A program made the position numbers and the translations under genes. Positions 31,800-41,965 of a stretch of DNA of 64,000 bases are shown piece after piece (within the stretch, counting starts at the first letter, position 1; each line of letters begins with the position of its first letter). The DNA comes from a bacterium. Lineage in GTDB: Bacteria; UBA8248; JACPRG01; G963555815. The DNA lies in NCBI GenBank assembly GCA_965261595.1, contig CBDHDG010000007.1, positions 832,001-896,000 of the forward strand, written 5' to 3'. The notes beneath the pieces were generated by a model that saw nothing but the letters and a program-made list of their open reading frames with translations, ran no database searches and was not told the DNA's origin.

Positions 31800-32684
31800 T
31801 CAGCAGGCGAGCAGGATTTCCCGAACGCAGCGTGCGGCCGTCACGGCGGAGACGCCTGTGGGGTCCAGGCCGGGCGACAGTTCAACGACGTCGGCGCTGA
31901 CGACGCGGCGCCCCTCCAAGCGGTGAATCAGTCCTTCCAGCTCGCGGAACGTCCAGCCCCCCGGTTCGGGGGTCCCGGTCCCGGGCAACGTCCCGGGGTC
32001 GAGGACATCCAGGTCCAGGCTCAGATGGATGGGGCCGGATGCGATCGCGTCCAATACCGCGAACAGGTTGTCCGGCGTGGCGGGTTGCACCTGTGTGGAA
32101 CGCCGGGCGAAATCCATTTCCTCCCGCGTGCCGGACCGGACGCCCGCCTGCACCAGCGCCAAATCCACGGACCGTTCAATGACCCGGCGCATGACCGTCG
32201 CGTGGGAGAGCCGCCGGCCCTTAAAGCTTTCGCGCAGGTCGGCGTGCGCGTCGAGTTGGATCACCGTAAGGCCGGGATGCCGGGAAAGCGCCGCTTCGAC
32301 CAGGGGGAGGGTCAACAGGTGCTCCCCGCCCAGGATGAAGGGCCGTTTTCCGTCATCCAGGATTCGGGCGGCCCGGTTCCGGATAAGGTCCAGCAGAGGC
32401 GAGACCTCCTCGTCTCCCCGCCCTGAGGCCGGGGGAAGGGGGTGGAGGGGGGGGAGGTCCAGGTCGCCCCAGTCGCAGAAAGCGACCTCTTCCAGGTCGC
32501 GGCGCAGGAGCGGGCTGTAGGTTTCCAGGCCCTCGGAGGCCGGACGAATGGCGGCGGGGCCTTGACGGGTTCCCGGGCGAAAGGTGACCGTTTCTTCCAG
32601 CGGACAGCCCAGCAGGACCCAATCGGCTTGAGCGTAGGGGGTCTCGGCCCCGAGGAATCGGTCCGGCGGTTCGTTGGCGTTCAC
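31800..32684 (-). CDS. speB: Agmatinase / ureohydrolase
   Basis: GGEH, DAHADL, DLDVLDP and GTGTPEPGG motifs; GTG start overlaps the speE stop. Confidence 0.92.
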   Translation of the reverse strand: MNANEPPDRFLGAETPYAQADWVLLGCPLEETVTFRPGTRQGPAAIRPASEGLETYSPLLRRDLEEVAFCDWGDLDLPPLHPLPPASGRGDEEVSPLLDLIRNRAARILDDGKRPFILGGEHLLTLPLVEAALSRHPGLTVIQLDAHADLRESFKGRRLSHATVMRRVIERSVDLALVQAGVRSGTREEMDFARRSTQVQPATPDNLFAVLDAIASGPIHLSLDLDVLDPGTLPGTGTPEPGGWTFRELEGLIHRLEGRRVVSADVVELSPGLDPTGVSAVTAARCVREILLAC

Positions 32685-33538
32685 GTCAACAGGTCTTGAA
32701 TGAACCGGGGAAGCTGGAGCGCGGCGTGGTGAATGTCCGGGGTGTAATAGCGGGTTGCAAGCCCCCGGCCGCGATGCCGCCCGGCGTGAGGGCCATCCAG
32801 CGGTCCGTGCGCCTTGCCGGCGAAAGTGAAGCTCCAGTGGCCCCCCGGATAGGTGACGACGGGGGCGAGGTAGAGGGAGACATGGGGGAACGCGGCGCGC
32901 AAGTTGGCGTGAATCGACCGCAAGAAGTCGCCGTCGAAAAATGGGGACCCGCTCTGCAAGGCCATCAGGCCCTCGGACCGCAGGGCCTGAAAGGCGTCCC
33001 GGTAGAAGGCTTCCTCGAAAAGCCCGACGGCGGGTCCGATCGGGTCCGTCGAGTCCACCAGGACGATGTCGTAGTGTTCCCTTTGGGTTTTCAGGAACTC
33101 GATTCCGTCCCGGCACAGGACCCGGGTGCGGGGGTCGTCCCATCCGGTGTTGAGGGTGGGGAGGAATTCACGGGAGGCCTGAATGACCGCTTCGTCGATC
33201 TCCACCACGTCCACGCGTCTGATGGACGGGTGTTTCAGGACCTCGCGGAGGGTCCCGCCGTCTCCCCCCCCGATGACGAGGACGTCCCGGGGCTCGGCAT
33301 GGGCGCACAGGGGGACGTGGACCAGCATCTCGTGGTAGACGAACTCGTCGCGCTCGGTGCACATGATGATTCCGTCCAGGACCAGGAGCCGGCCGAACCC
33401 TTCGGTGTCCAGCACCTCGACGAGTTGATGGGCGCTCTGCTTGCGGAACAGGGTTTTCTTGACGCGCAAGGAGATCCCGTATTGGTCCTGGTGGGTGTCG
33501 GTGAGCCAAGGCTCGCGGGGCTGGCCGGGGCGGATCAT
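32681..33538 (-). CDS. speE: Polyamine aminopropyltransferase
   Basis: YHEMLVH, IGGGDGG, VEID and DSTDP motifs. Confidence 0.96.
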   Translation of the reverse strand: MIRPGQPREPWLTDTHQDQYGISLRVKKTLFRKQSAHQLVEVLDTEGFGRLLVLDGIIMCTERDEFVYHEMLVHVPLCAHAEPRDVLVIGGGDGGTLREVLKHPSIRRVDVVEIDEAVIQASREFLPTLNTGWDDPRTRVLCRDGIEFLKTQREHYDIVLVDSTDPIGPAVGLFEEAFYRDAFQALRSEGLMALQSGSPFFDGDFLRSIHANLRAAFPHVSLYLAPVVTYPGGHWSFTFAGKAHGPLDGPHAGRHRGRGLATRYYTPDIHHAALQLPRFIQDLLT

Positions 33539-33560
33539 TTGAGCGGCTCGGGGTGGGCGT

Positions 33561-34028
33561 TTAGTTCCAGAGGATAACGGCGGCCACGACGGCCCCGCGA
33601 CGGTCGACCCGGTGCTCCACGCCCCGCGTCGCGACGCGCCGGACGGCTTGCTCTCTCATCTCCATGCCGTTGACGGCCATCCGGGCGACAAGCTCCTCCA
33701 TTTCCCGCAGCGTTCCCGGCCCCGCGGCTTCCATGATCAGCCCCGGGTGTTCATCGTCCTCGGGGAAGGCGACGGCGACGGCGGCGGAGATGATCTCGCC
33801 GGGCCGCTCGCTCGATGCGGACGCATAGGCCGCCGGGACCAGGGCGCCGAAAGGGAGTCGGACCGGGGGGATCTCCTCGCAATGGGGCGGGAGGATGCTG
33901 CTCACCTTGAGGAGATTCGTGTTTCCGACGCACGCGGCCATCAGGGCGGCGTCAAAGGCGTTGAGAGGGGTTTCGCCTTCGGCGCGGCCGGCGGTCAGAA
34001 AATACTTGGAGGGCGTGGGAACAATCAA
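33561..34028 (-). CDS. pdaD: Pyruvoyl-dependent arginine decarboxylase
   Basis: LNAFDAAL...GNTNLLKVSSILPP with the Ser-Ser cleavage site. Confidence 0.92.
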   Translation of the reverse strand: MIVPTPSKYFLTAGRAEGETPLNAFDAALMAACVGNTNLLKVSSILPPHCEEIPPVRLPFGALVPAAYASASSERPGEIISAAVAVAFPEDDEHPGLIMEAAGPGTLREMEELVARMAVNGMEMREQAVRRVATRGVEHRVDRRGAVVAAVILWN

Positions 34029-34049
34029 TTTCGGAGTCCGGGGAGCGGG

Positions 34050-34445
34050 TTACAGCGTCAGGGCTTCGGGCTTGCGCCGCGGGACCTGATCCGGCCGGCC
34101 GATGGGGCCCCGCGGGATCTCTTTGCACTGGCGGGACGCGGCTTTCAAGGCTTTGTGAAGGGATTCGATGGCCGCTTCCGGGATCACCTTGTCGCCGCAC
34201 GTAAAGATGTCCGCCGCCGCGAATCCGTATTCCGGCCAGGTGTGAATGGCCAGGTGGGATTCGGCGATGACGACCACGCCGCTGACGCCGTGGGGATTGA
34301 ATAGATGAAAAATGCTGTTCACGATGATGGCGCCCGACTGATCGGCGGCTTCGGTCATCGCTTCCTCAATGCGGGACGCGTTATTGAGGATGTTTTTGTC
34401 GCAGTCATAGTACTCGACGAGAAGATGGCGCCCAAGGGCTTTCAA
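34050..34445 (-). CDS. speD: S-adenosylmethionine decarboxylase proenzyme (short class)
   Basis: [26 protein letters not shown] and FTCG motifs. Confidence 0.95.
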   Translation of the reverse strand: MKALGRHLLVEYYDCDKNILNNASRIEEAMTEAADQSGAIIVNSIFHLFNPHGVSGVVVIAESHLAIHTWPEYGFAAADIFTCGDKVIPEAAIESLHKALKAASRQCKEIPRGPIGRPDQVPRRKPEALTL

Positions 34446-35028
34446 TGGTCCGTCCTTCCGACGGGATGAATCGGTTGGGGATTCCGATGGACCCCCACCC
34501 TATCGCGAGACGCCCTCAACGGCGAGAGCAAGGCCTCGGATCCGCCTGGTTTTGAAGGGTCGCGCTTGGATTGAGAGGCGCCATCGAGCCGGGCCTGTCC
34601 AGGCTTGCTGTCGGTCAAAGCGGGTGGCTCAGGCCCGAAGCATCATCACGGCCCGCGATGGATGAGCCCGACCCGGGAATCCCGAAATACGCAATGCGAT
34701 TTCCCGCGACCTCCCGGGGCCAATCCGGCGCCGGCTGAAGAGGAATGATCCCCCCGGGATGCCGGAGGATCGCCGCGCGACACGCTTCGGGACGCGGCTC
34801 TCTCCCTCCCGCGCGGGGTCTAAACGGCCTCATCCTCCATAGAGCCCCCCGTCCGAGCGGCCGGATCAGTTTCATGGATATATCCGTGATCCGGCGGACA
34901 GTCAAGGCCAATTTGGCGGGCCGGCCGGCCCGCGCGTTGACACCCTCCCAGGCCCGGTGATAGCGTGGTAAATACGTGTTTAGTTGATTATTCGCTAATT
35001 TGGTCCTGCCAAATAGGAAACCGTATGG

Positions 35029-35928
35029 ATGGGAAGGCACCTGGGGTTTCTGACTGAGCCGGTTTCTTCCCTCGTCCACATCAATTGCACGGTTCCGGAC
35101 GAACACCCATCGGCGGCCATTCTCGGGACGGAACGCAGCGGGTCCGGGGTGATCATCGAAACCGGCGGGTATGTCCTGACCGTGGGCTACGTGGTGTTGG
35201 GGGCGGGGGACCTGAGCGTCGTTTCCGCCAAGGGCGAGGACTGTGAGGGCCGGATTGTTCACATGGACCACGAGAGCGGACTTGCGATGATTCAGGCCCC
35301 GGGGCTGAATGGCCCCGCCGCTTCGACCGGGCCTTCGGCGGAAATGGGAGCCGGCGATCCGGTTGTCCTCTTGGCCAGCAACGGGGAGGGAGAGATCCGG
35401 GGCAACTCGGGCTTCATCACGGACGTGGGGCCGTTTGACGCGCACTGGGAATATATGCTGGACCGGGCCATCAAGAGCACGGCCATGAATCCGGGTCTGG
35501 GCGGCGGGGCGCTCCTTTCAATGGACGGGAAGATCCGCGGCACGGTTTCCCTCAATCTCCACCTGATTGGAACCTGTTCCCTGAGCATCCCCATCGACCT
35601 CTACCTCGCCCAACGCGGCAGGTTCCTCGGCCGTCAGGAGGGTGATGAGAAACCGCACCGCCCCTGGCTCGGGTTGTTTCCGCAGGCCCTGGAAAAGGGC
35701 GTCTTGGTGGCGGGCGTGGTCCCGGGAGGACCGGCTGAGGACTCGGAAATTCAAACCGGCGATGTCGTCCTGTCTCTCAATGGCGAAGAAGTGATCTCGC
35801 GCCGCGCCTTCTATCAGAGGCTCTGGGAAGGAGCGGCGGGCGATGAATTCACCTTGACGCTCTACCGGGAGAAGAGCTTCCAGACCGTTCAGGTGACCAG
35901 CAAAAGCCGGGCCGAATTCTACCGGTGA
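35029..35928 (+). CDS. Trypsin-like (S1C) plus PDZ protein lacking catalytic His and Ser
   Basis: GSGVII, LTVGYVV, NPGLGGG; C-terminal PDZ (PWLGL, GPAE..GD). Confidence 0.85.
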   Translation: MGRHLGFLTEPVSSLVHINCTVPDEHPSAAILGTERSGSGVIIETGGYVLTVGYVVLGAGDLSVVSAKGEDCEGRIVHMDHESGLAMIQAPGLNGPAASTGPSAEMGAGDPVVLLASNGEGEIRGNSGFITDVGPFDAHWEYMLDRAIKSTAMNPGLGGGALLSMDGKIRGTVSLNLHLIGTCSLSIPIDLYLAQRGRFLGRQEGDEKPHRPWLGLFPQALEKGVLVAGVVPGGPAEDSEIQTGDVVLSLNGEEVISRRAFYQRLWEGAAGDEFTLTLYREKSFQTVQVTSKSRAEFYR

Positions 35929-35971
35929 GCCCGGAAGCGGACGGGACGGAGGACGGCCAAACGGCGGGGAC

Positions 35972-36999
35972 TCAGAATGAGACCGGCCGGACGGAGACCT
36001 TCGGGACGAACCGGTTGGTGAAAAAGCTCTCCACCGCGAATTCCTTGGTGAGCTGTCGTCCGCGAATCAGCAGGGACTGAAGCATCCCCACCTTCCGCTT
36101 GTCATAAAATCCCAGGCCGGGGTTTTTCAACCCATGGGCCGACCAGCTCTTCACGAAAACCCTCCACTCCGCTTTTGCGCCCTCGGGCGGATAATCGGGA
36201 AAACTTCGCCGGAAGAGATCGAGGGCTTCCGCCGGGCGCGACATGGCTTCCGCCTGTCCGCGAACGGTGGCTTCCACCATGCGTCGGACGATGTCCTCCT
36301 GTTCTTCGATGAGCCGGACCGGGGCCAGGAGACTGAGCCCATAGACCTCCATCCCCTGGTCCGTGTACAGAGGGGAAGTGACGGTTTTCTTCCGGCGTTC
36401 GGCCGCCCGGTCATAACGCCATCGGGACACCTCCGAGGTGACGATGGCGTCGGCCTTCCCTGTGAGCAGGGCGCGGATTTCCGATTGGGGTCCGATATTC
36501 GCCCACCGCATCCGATCCAGGCGGAGGCCGGCGCGCTCGGCGAACGAAGGGAACAGGATGCGGGAGAAAGAAGAAACAGAACCCGCGAGCCTTTTGCCCG
36601 GCAGGTCGGCCGGCGACCGGATTCCGGAGCTTTTCAGGGCGATCACACTGCCCGGATATCGCTCCATGAGGAGGGCCAAGCCGGCAAGGTCCAGGCCTTC
36701 CGCCCTGGACTCGACGACGGCGGCCATTTCCGCCACGCCGAACGCCATTTCCCGCTTGTGCAGCGTCCGGACCGTATGGCCCGACCCCCTTCCCCTTTCA
36801 ATCGTGACGAGCAGACCCGCACGGGTATAGAAACCCTTGCGCTGGGTGTAGATGACGGCTGTATGCAGGCCGTTGGGGGGGCTGTTGAGGACAAGCGTGA
36901 CATCTTGGGCGCATGGGCACCGCCCCAAGGCCAGCCGGCTCCGAAGAAGAGCAAAAAGAGCAAACAGCCCAGGGCGCGATCCCCCGCGCCGGACGTCAG
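35972..36999 (-). CDS. NitT/TauT (NMT1/THI5-like) ABC substrate-binding protein; signal peptide out of frame near 36910
   Basis: KGFY..AGL.V.I..GRGS motif; LLFLLFFGAG..AHA signal lies in another frame. Confidence 0.75.
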
Positions 37000-37766
37000 A
37001 TTCGGACCAGACCGATTCGTTCTTGGATTTCTTTGACGTATTCGATGAATTTCGGATCGAGCCTCATGTCCGCCGTTCGGGGACGGGGCAAATCGATGGG
37101 GATGATCTTGTTGAGCTTGCCCGGACGGGGCGTCATGACGACGACCCGGTCGGCCAGGAAGACCGCTTCGCCGATGCTGTGGGTGATCAACATGCAGGTC
37201 TTCTTGTTCTCCGTCCAGATCCGCAGAAGCTCCAGGTTCATGGCCTCGCGCGTTAGGGCGTCCAGGGCGCCGAACGGCTCGTCCATCAGGAGGAGGGGCG
37301 GATCGTGGATGAGCGCGCGGCTGATGGAAACCCGTTGCTGCATGCCGCCGGAAAGCTCCCGGGGGAATTTGGTCTCGAAACCGGTCAGACCCGTGAGCTT
37401 GAGCAGGTCCATGGCGCGCTCCCTGTACACCTCCTCGTCCAGGCCGAGAATCTCCACCGGCAGCATGACGTTGTCGATGACGTTTCGCCATTTGGGAAGG
37501 ACGGGGGCCTGAAAGACCATTCCGACGTCGGAAAGGGGACCTATGACATCATGGCCGTTGACCCTCATTTCTCCCGACGTCTTCGGAAGCAGCCCGGAGA
37601 TGATCTTCAGGATCGTTGTTTTGCCGCAGCCGCTCTGTCCGACGACGGTCATGAACTCTTCGTCATACACATCCAGGCTGACGTTCTCGAGCGCGTTGAC
37701 GTCTCCGCTTTTGGTGATGTAAACCTTGTTGAGATCCCGGATTTCGATAACATTTTTGCGGCTCAA
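36996..37766 (-). CDS. NitT/TauT ABC transporter ATP-binding protein
   Basis: GQSGCGKTT, LSGGMQQR and MDEPFGALD motifs; GGAGG RBS before TTG 37766. Confidence 0.93.
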   Translation of the reverse strand: MSRKNVIEIRDLNKVYITKSGDVNALENVSLDVYDEEFMTVVGQSGCGKTTILKIISGLLPKTSGEMRVNGHDVIGPLSDVGMVFQAPVLPKWRNVIDNVMLPVEILGLDEEVYRERAMDLLKLTGLTGFETKFPRELSGGMQQRVSISRALIHDPPLLLMDEPFGALDALTREAMNLELLRIWTENKKTCMLITHSIGEAVFLADRVVVMTPRPGKLNKIIPIDLPRPRTADMRLDPKFIEYVKEIQERIGLVRI

Positions 37767-37953
37767 TGGACACCTCCATCCAACAGTGCACTCCCCCTCT
37801 CGACGAGGGTAAACGGACATTCTCATTGGAGAGAGCGCTTCACCTCTCCACTGAACCCTATCATTTGACCCGGACAGTATCACTGCCTTGAGGGCCTGTC
37901 AAGGCATAAGTTGCCCCTCGATTTTTTTTTGCGGGCCGTGCGTTTCGGCTGTC

Positions 37954-37982
37954 TTGACACCTCCGCGGGCTTCTGCTAGAAA
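37954..37982 (+). promoter_or_regulatory. Candidate ilvC promoter
   Basis: TTGACA-17 bp-TAGAAA with an extended TG. Confidence 0.45.
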
Positions 37983-38133
37983 GCCGACAGTTCTCGGCAG
38001 TCCGATTTGCCTGGCCGAGCTGTTGCGTTTTACGAGGGGCCGGGCTCTTTTTGTTTTGGGCCCCCGCCCGGTCGGGGACGGCCGCGGGTGCGAGCGTGCG
38101 CCATCGGGACGGATGGATGAAGGAGAGGAGAAA

Positions 38134-39141
38134 ATGTCGAAAATGAAAGTCCTGTACGAAGAGGATTGCGACCTCAATCTATTGAAGGACAAGACGGTGG
38201 CCGTCATCGGTTATGGGAGCCAGGGACACGCCCACGCGCTCAACTTGGCGGACAGCGGCGTTCAGGTCGTGGTCGGCCTGCGCGAAGACTCGAAATCCCG
38301 GGACAAGGCGAAGAACGACGGCCTGGAGGTGATGACCTCCGCCGAGGCGGCCCGGGCCGGTGACGTGGTGGCCGTCCTGACACAGGAGCACGTCCAGAAA
38401 GATCTGTGGGAAAACGACCTGGCGCTGAACATGCAAGCGGGCGACGCCCTGATGGTCGCGCACGGATTCAACATCCTTTACGGCCAGATCATCCCCCCGC
38501 CCGAAATCGATGTCATCATGATGGCCCCCAAGTGCCCCGGTCACATCTTCCGGCGGATGTTCACGCAGGGAAGGGGCGTTCCCGGGCTGCTCGCCGTGGA
38601 GCAGGACGCCACCGGCAATGCCCGCGCGCTTTGCTTGGCCTATGGCAAGGGGGTGGGCTGCGCCCGCGCGGGGATCATCGAGACCACGTTCAAGGACGAA
38701 ACCGAGAGCGATCTGTTCGGCGAGCAGGCCATCCTGTGCGGCGGCGTCACGGCGCTGATTCACGCCTCGTTCGATACGCTGATCGAGGGGGGGTACGAGC
38801 CGGAGATCGCCTACTTCGAGTGCCTGAACGAGCTCAAGCTGATCGTGGACCTCATCTTCGAGGGCGGCATTCAGCGCATGCGCTATTCGGTGTCGGACAC
38901 CGCCCAATACGGCGACCTGACGCGCGGCCCCCGGGTCATCGACGGGCACGTCCGCAAGAACATGAGAAAGATTCTCCGGGAGATCCAGTCGGGCGAGTTC
39001 GCCCGGGAATGGATCCTCGAAAATCAGGCGGGAAGGCCGGTCTTCAGCCGCCGCAACGCCGAGGACAACGCCCTGTTGATCGAAGAGGTCGGCGAAAACT
39101 TGCGCTCGATGATGAGCTGGACCAAGGAGTTGGAAGGCTGA
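38134..39141 (+). CDS. ilvC: Ketol-acid reductoisomerase
   Basis: [20 protein letters not shown] and SVSDTAQYG motifs. Confidence 0.97.
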   Translation: MSKMKVLYEEDCDLNLLKDKTVAVIGYGSQGHAHALNLADSGVQVVVGLREDSKSRDKAKNDGLEVMTSAEAARAGDVVAVLTQEHVQKDLWENDLALNMQAGDALMVAHGFNILYGQIIPPPEIDVIMMAPKCPGHIFRRMFTQGRGVPGLLAVEQDATGNARALCLAYGKGVGCARAGIIETTFKDETESDLFGEQAILCGGVTALIHASFDTLIEGGYEPEIAYFECLNELKLIVDLIFEGGIQRMRYSVSDTAQYGDLTRGPRVIDGHVRKNMRKILREIQSGEFAREWILENQAGRPVFSRRNAEDNALLIEEVGENLRSMMSWTKELEG

Positions 39142-39416
39142 GCGTCTCCACGGGGCCGCGCGAGAAGTATTGACACCCATTTGGGAGGGAAATAACTTCT
39201 CCTTACGGAGAGGGCGCCCGGCCTGGACTGCCGCGAAAGGGCGGTTTGGCGGCGAGGAGCTCGCGAAAAGGAGAAAACTTCCGGAGATTGCGGGGAATTG
39301 GCGGGGCTGTTTTCGGGTTTCAATCCGGCAGAAGGCTCGGTTGAGACAGCCCCCCGCTCACCGATGGGTTTCCGGGGTTGTGTCGAGGCGGCTGAGGACC
39401 TAACGGAGATAATCAC

Positions 39417-39845
39417 GTGAATCGGAAGAAACTTCAATTCGTCGTCGGCGGGGTGGTCATCTTCGGGTCGATCCTCTATCTCTCCATCACCGGAATGTCG
39501 CGGGGGATGAGTTACTTCCACGAGGTGAACGAGATTGAGGCGCGCGCGGAAGAATTGTATGGGAAGGGGCTTCGCGTCTCCGGGAAAGTGAAGCCGGGCA
39601 CGATCCGAAAATCCGTCGACAGCCGCGTCTATGACTTCAAGGTGACCGATGGAAAGGCCGCCTTGGCCGTTCACTTCAAGGGCATCGTCCCCGATTTGTT
39701 CAGAGACGGGGCCGAGGTGATCGTCGAGGGCAAGTACGGACGGGACGGCGTGCTTGTGGCCAGCAAGGTGATGACCGCCTGTCCGTCCAAGTATGATGCC
39801 GAGGGCGACGCGAAAAAGAAGGCGGTCAAGTCCAGCTTGTACTGA
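39417..39845 (+). CDS. ccmE: Heme chaperone CcmE, CxxxY variant
   Basis: N-terminal TM, RVSG, PDLF, VIVEG and ACPSKY motifs. Confidence 0.92.
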   Translation: MNRKKLQFVVGGVVIFGSILYLSITGMSRGMSYFHEVNEIEARAEELYGKGLRVSGKVKPGTIRKSVDSRVYDFKVTDGKAALAVHFKGIVPDLFRDGAEVIVEGKYGRDGVLVASKVMTACPSKYDAEGDAKKKAVKSSLY

Positions 39846-39912
39846 CACCCCATCCTTCACCCGGGCGGGGCGCGGCATTCCGCCCGCCTTCCTGGAACCG
39901 GGTTTTTCTCCT

Positions 39913-41922
39913 ATGGGCGACATCGGCTACTATGCCGTCTGGCTGGGAGGGGCTCTGGCCGGATATTCCATGGCCGCCTCTCTTTGGGGAGGTCTGCGTA
40001 ACCGGCCCCTGTGGGTGGAGAGCGCGAAGAACGGCGTGTTCGCGCTCGCCGTCATTACGACCATCGCCGTCCTCGCCCTGGAGGTCGGCCTCCTCACCGA
40101 TGATTTCAGCCTCAACGCCGTCGCCGCCACCAGCAGCCGAAGCCTCCCAATCTTCTACAAAGTGACCTCTTTTTGGGGCGGGCAAGCGGGCTCCCTCTTG
40201 TTCTGGGCCTGGCTCCTGAGCCTCTACTCGGCGGTCGCGCTCTACACCAACCGGGACAGAAACCGGGAGTTGATCCCTTACGTCGTCACCACGCTGACGG
40301 CCACCTCGGCCTTCTTCTTCGCCCTGCTCATCTTCTTTGACAACCCCTTCTCGACCCTCACGCCGATTCCCGCGGACGGACGGGGGTTGAACCCGCTTCT
40401 TCAGGATCCGGGGATGGTCATCCATCCGCCCAACCTCTACCTGGGGTACGTGGGATGGACGGTGCCGTTCGCCTTCGCCATCGGGGCCCTGGTGACGGGC
40501 CGGCTGGGAGATGAGTGGATCCGCGCGACGCGGCGGTGGTCCCTGATCGCGTGGGGCTTCTTGGGGGTCGGAAATCTGCTGGGTTCCTGGTGGGCTTACC
40601 GGGAGCTCGGCTGGGGGGGGTACTGGGGCTGGGACCCGGTGGAGAACGCCGCCATCCTGCCTTGGATCACCGGGACGGCCTTCCTGCATTCAGTCATGAT
40701 CCAGGAAAAGAAGGGCATGCTGAAGGTCTGGAACCTGATCCTCATTATCATGACGTTCACGCTGACCATCTTTGGGACGTTCGTCGTCCGCAGCGGCGTC
40801 ATCTCCAGTGTTCACGCCTTCGCCCAGTCCGCCCTGGGTTACTACTTCGGGTTCTTTCTGTTCCTGGTCATCGCCTCCAGTCTGGCCCTGGTCTTCTGGC
40901 GGCTGGACAAGCTTCAGGCCCACAATCAACTGGACTCCATGCTCTCCAGAGAGAGCGCGTTTCTGATCAACAACCTCATCCTGGTGGGCGCGGCATTTTC
41001 CATCTGGTGGGGGACGATCTTTCCGCTGGTCTCCGAGGCGGTGACCGGAACGCGCATCACCATCGGGCCGCCCTTCTTCAACCGCGTCAACGTCCCCATC
41101 GGCCTGGCGCTGATCCTGCTGGTCGGCATTGGACCGCTGATCGCCTGGAGGCGGGCGTCCCCCGCGCAGCTCAAGAAGCATTTCCTCACCCCCTTGGCCC
41201 TCGGCTTCGGGGCGGGGCTGATCCTGTTCGCCTTGGGGATGCGAAGCTTTTACGCGCTGCTCTCCTTCAGCCTGATCGCGTTCGTTCTGGTCACGATTGT
41301 GGGTGAGTTCTACCGGGGGACGCGGGCCCGGCAGCGCATCGCCGAGGAGTCGGCCGCCGTGGCCCTGGTGAACCTGACCCGGCGCAACTCCCGGCGGTAC
41401 GGCGGCTACGTCGTCCATCTCGGGATGATGGCCATCTTCGCGGGCATCACGGGCTCTTCCGCCTTTCAGACCCAGGTGGAGGCCACCCTGCGTCCCGGCG
41501 AGCTCGCCCAGGTGAAGGATTACTGGGTCGAGTTCGAGCGCCTGGGCTCCCGCCAAAACGCCCTCCTTCAGGCCACCTCGGCGGACCTGCGTTTGCGTAA
41601 GCGGGGCCGGGAGATCGGCATCCTCCAGCCCGAGCGCCGCCTCTACCGCAACCCCGAGCAGCCGACCACCGAGGTGGCAATCCGATCGACGCTGGCCGAG
41701 GACCTGTACGTCATCCTCGCCGCGAAAAATGAGGACGGCTCGGCCACCTTCCGTTTTTACATCAACCCGCTGGTGTCCTGGATCTGGATCGGCGGGAGCA
41801 TTTTCGTTCTCGGCACGCTGATCTGCCTGTGGTATGAGCCGGGGACGAAGCGCGCCCGAGGCGCCGCCGCCCGGAAGGGGCGGGTCCGTCGGGCGGACGC
41901 CTCCGCCCCCGCGGGCTCGTGA
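39913..41922 (+). CDS. ccmF: Cytochrome c heme lyase CcmF
   Basis: IHPP, WGGYWGWDPVENA and SVHAF motifs. Confidence 0.96.
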   Translation: MGDIGYYAVWLGGALAGYSMAASLWGGLRNRPLWVESAKNGVFALAVITTIAVLALEVGLLTDDFSLNAVAATSSRSLPIFYKVTSFWGGQAGSLLFWAWLLSLYSAVALYTNRDRNRELIPYVVTTLTATSAFFFALLIFFDNPFSTLTPIPADGRGLNPLLQDPGMVIHPPNLYLGYVGWTVPFAFAIGALVTGRLGDEWIRATRRWSLIAWGFLGVGNLLGSWWAYRELGWGGYWGWDPVENAAILPWITGTAFLHSVMIQEKKGMLKVWNLILIIMTFTLTIFGTFVVRSGVISSVHAFAQSALGYYFGFFLFLVIASSLALVFWRLDKLQAHNQLDSMLSRESAFLINNLILVGAAFSIWWGTIFPLVSEAVTGTRITIGPPFFNRVNVPIGLALILLVGIGPLIAWRRASPAQLKKHFLTPLALGFGAGLILFALGMRSFYALLSFSLIAFVLVTIVGEFYRGTRARQRIAEESAAVALVNLTRRNSRRYGGYVVHLGMMAIFAGITGSSAFQTQVEATLRPGELAQVKDYWVEFERLGSRQNALLQATSADLRLRKRGREIGILQPERRLYRNPEQPTTEVAIRSTLAEDLYVILAAKNEDGSATFRFYINPLVSWIWIGGSIFVLGTLICLWYEPGTKRARGAAARKGRVRRADASAPAGS

Positions 41923-41965
41923 TCCGAAACCCCCGCTGTCCGCGGGGGGGGGCGGAGAAGTCTCT

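Noticed and set aside
34446..34700. Canonical SAM-I riboswitch upstream of speD
   Set aside because: The ATC..GAG P1 and GGTGC..A.TCC core elements were not recognisable; kept only as an unclassified leader.
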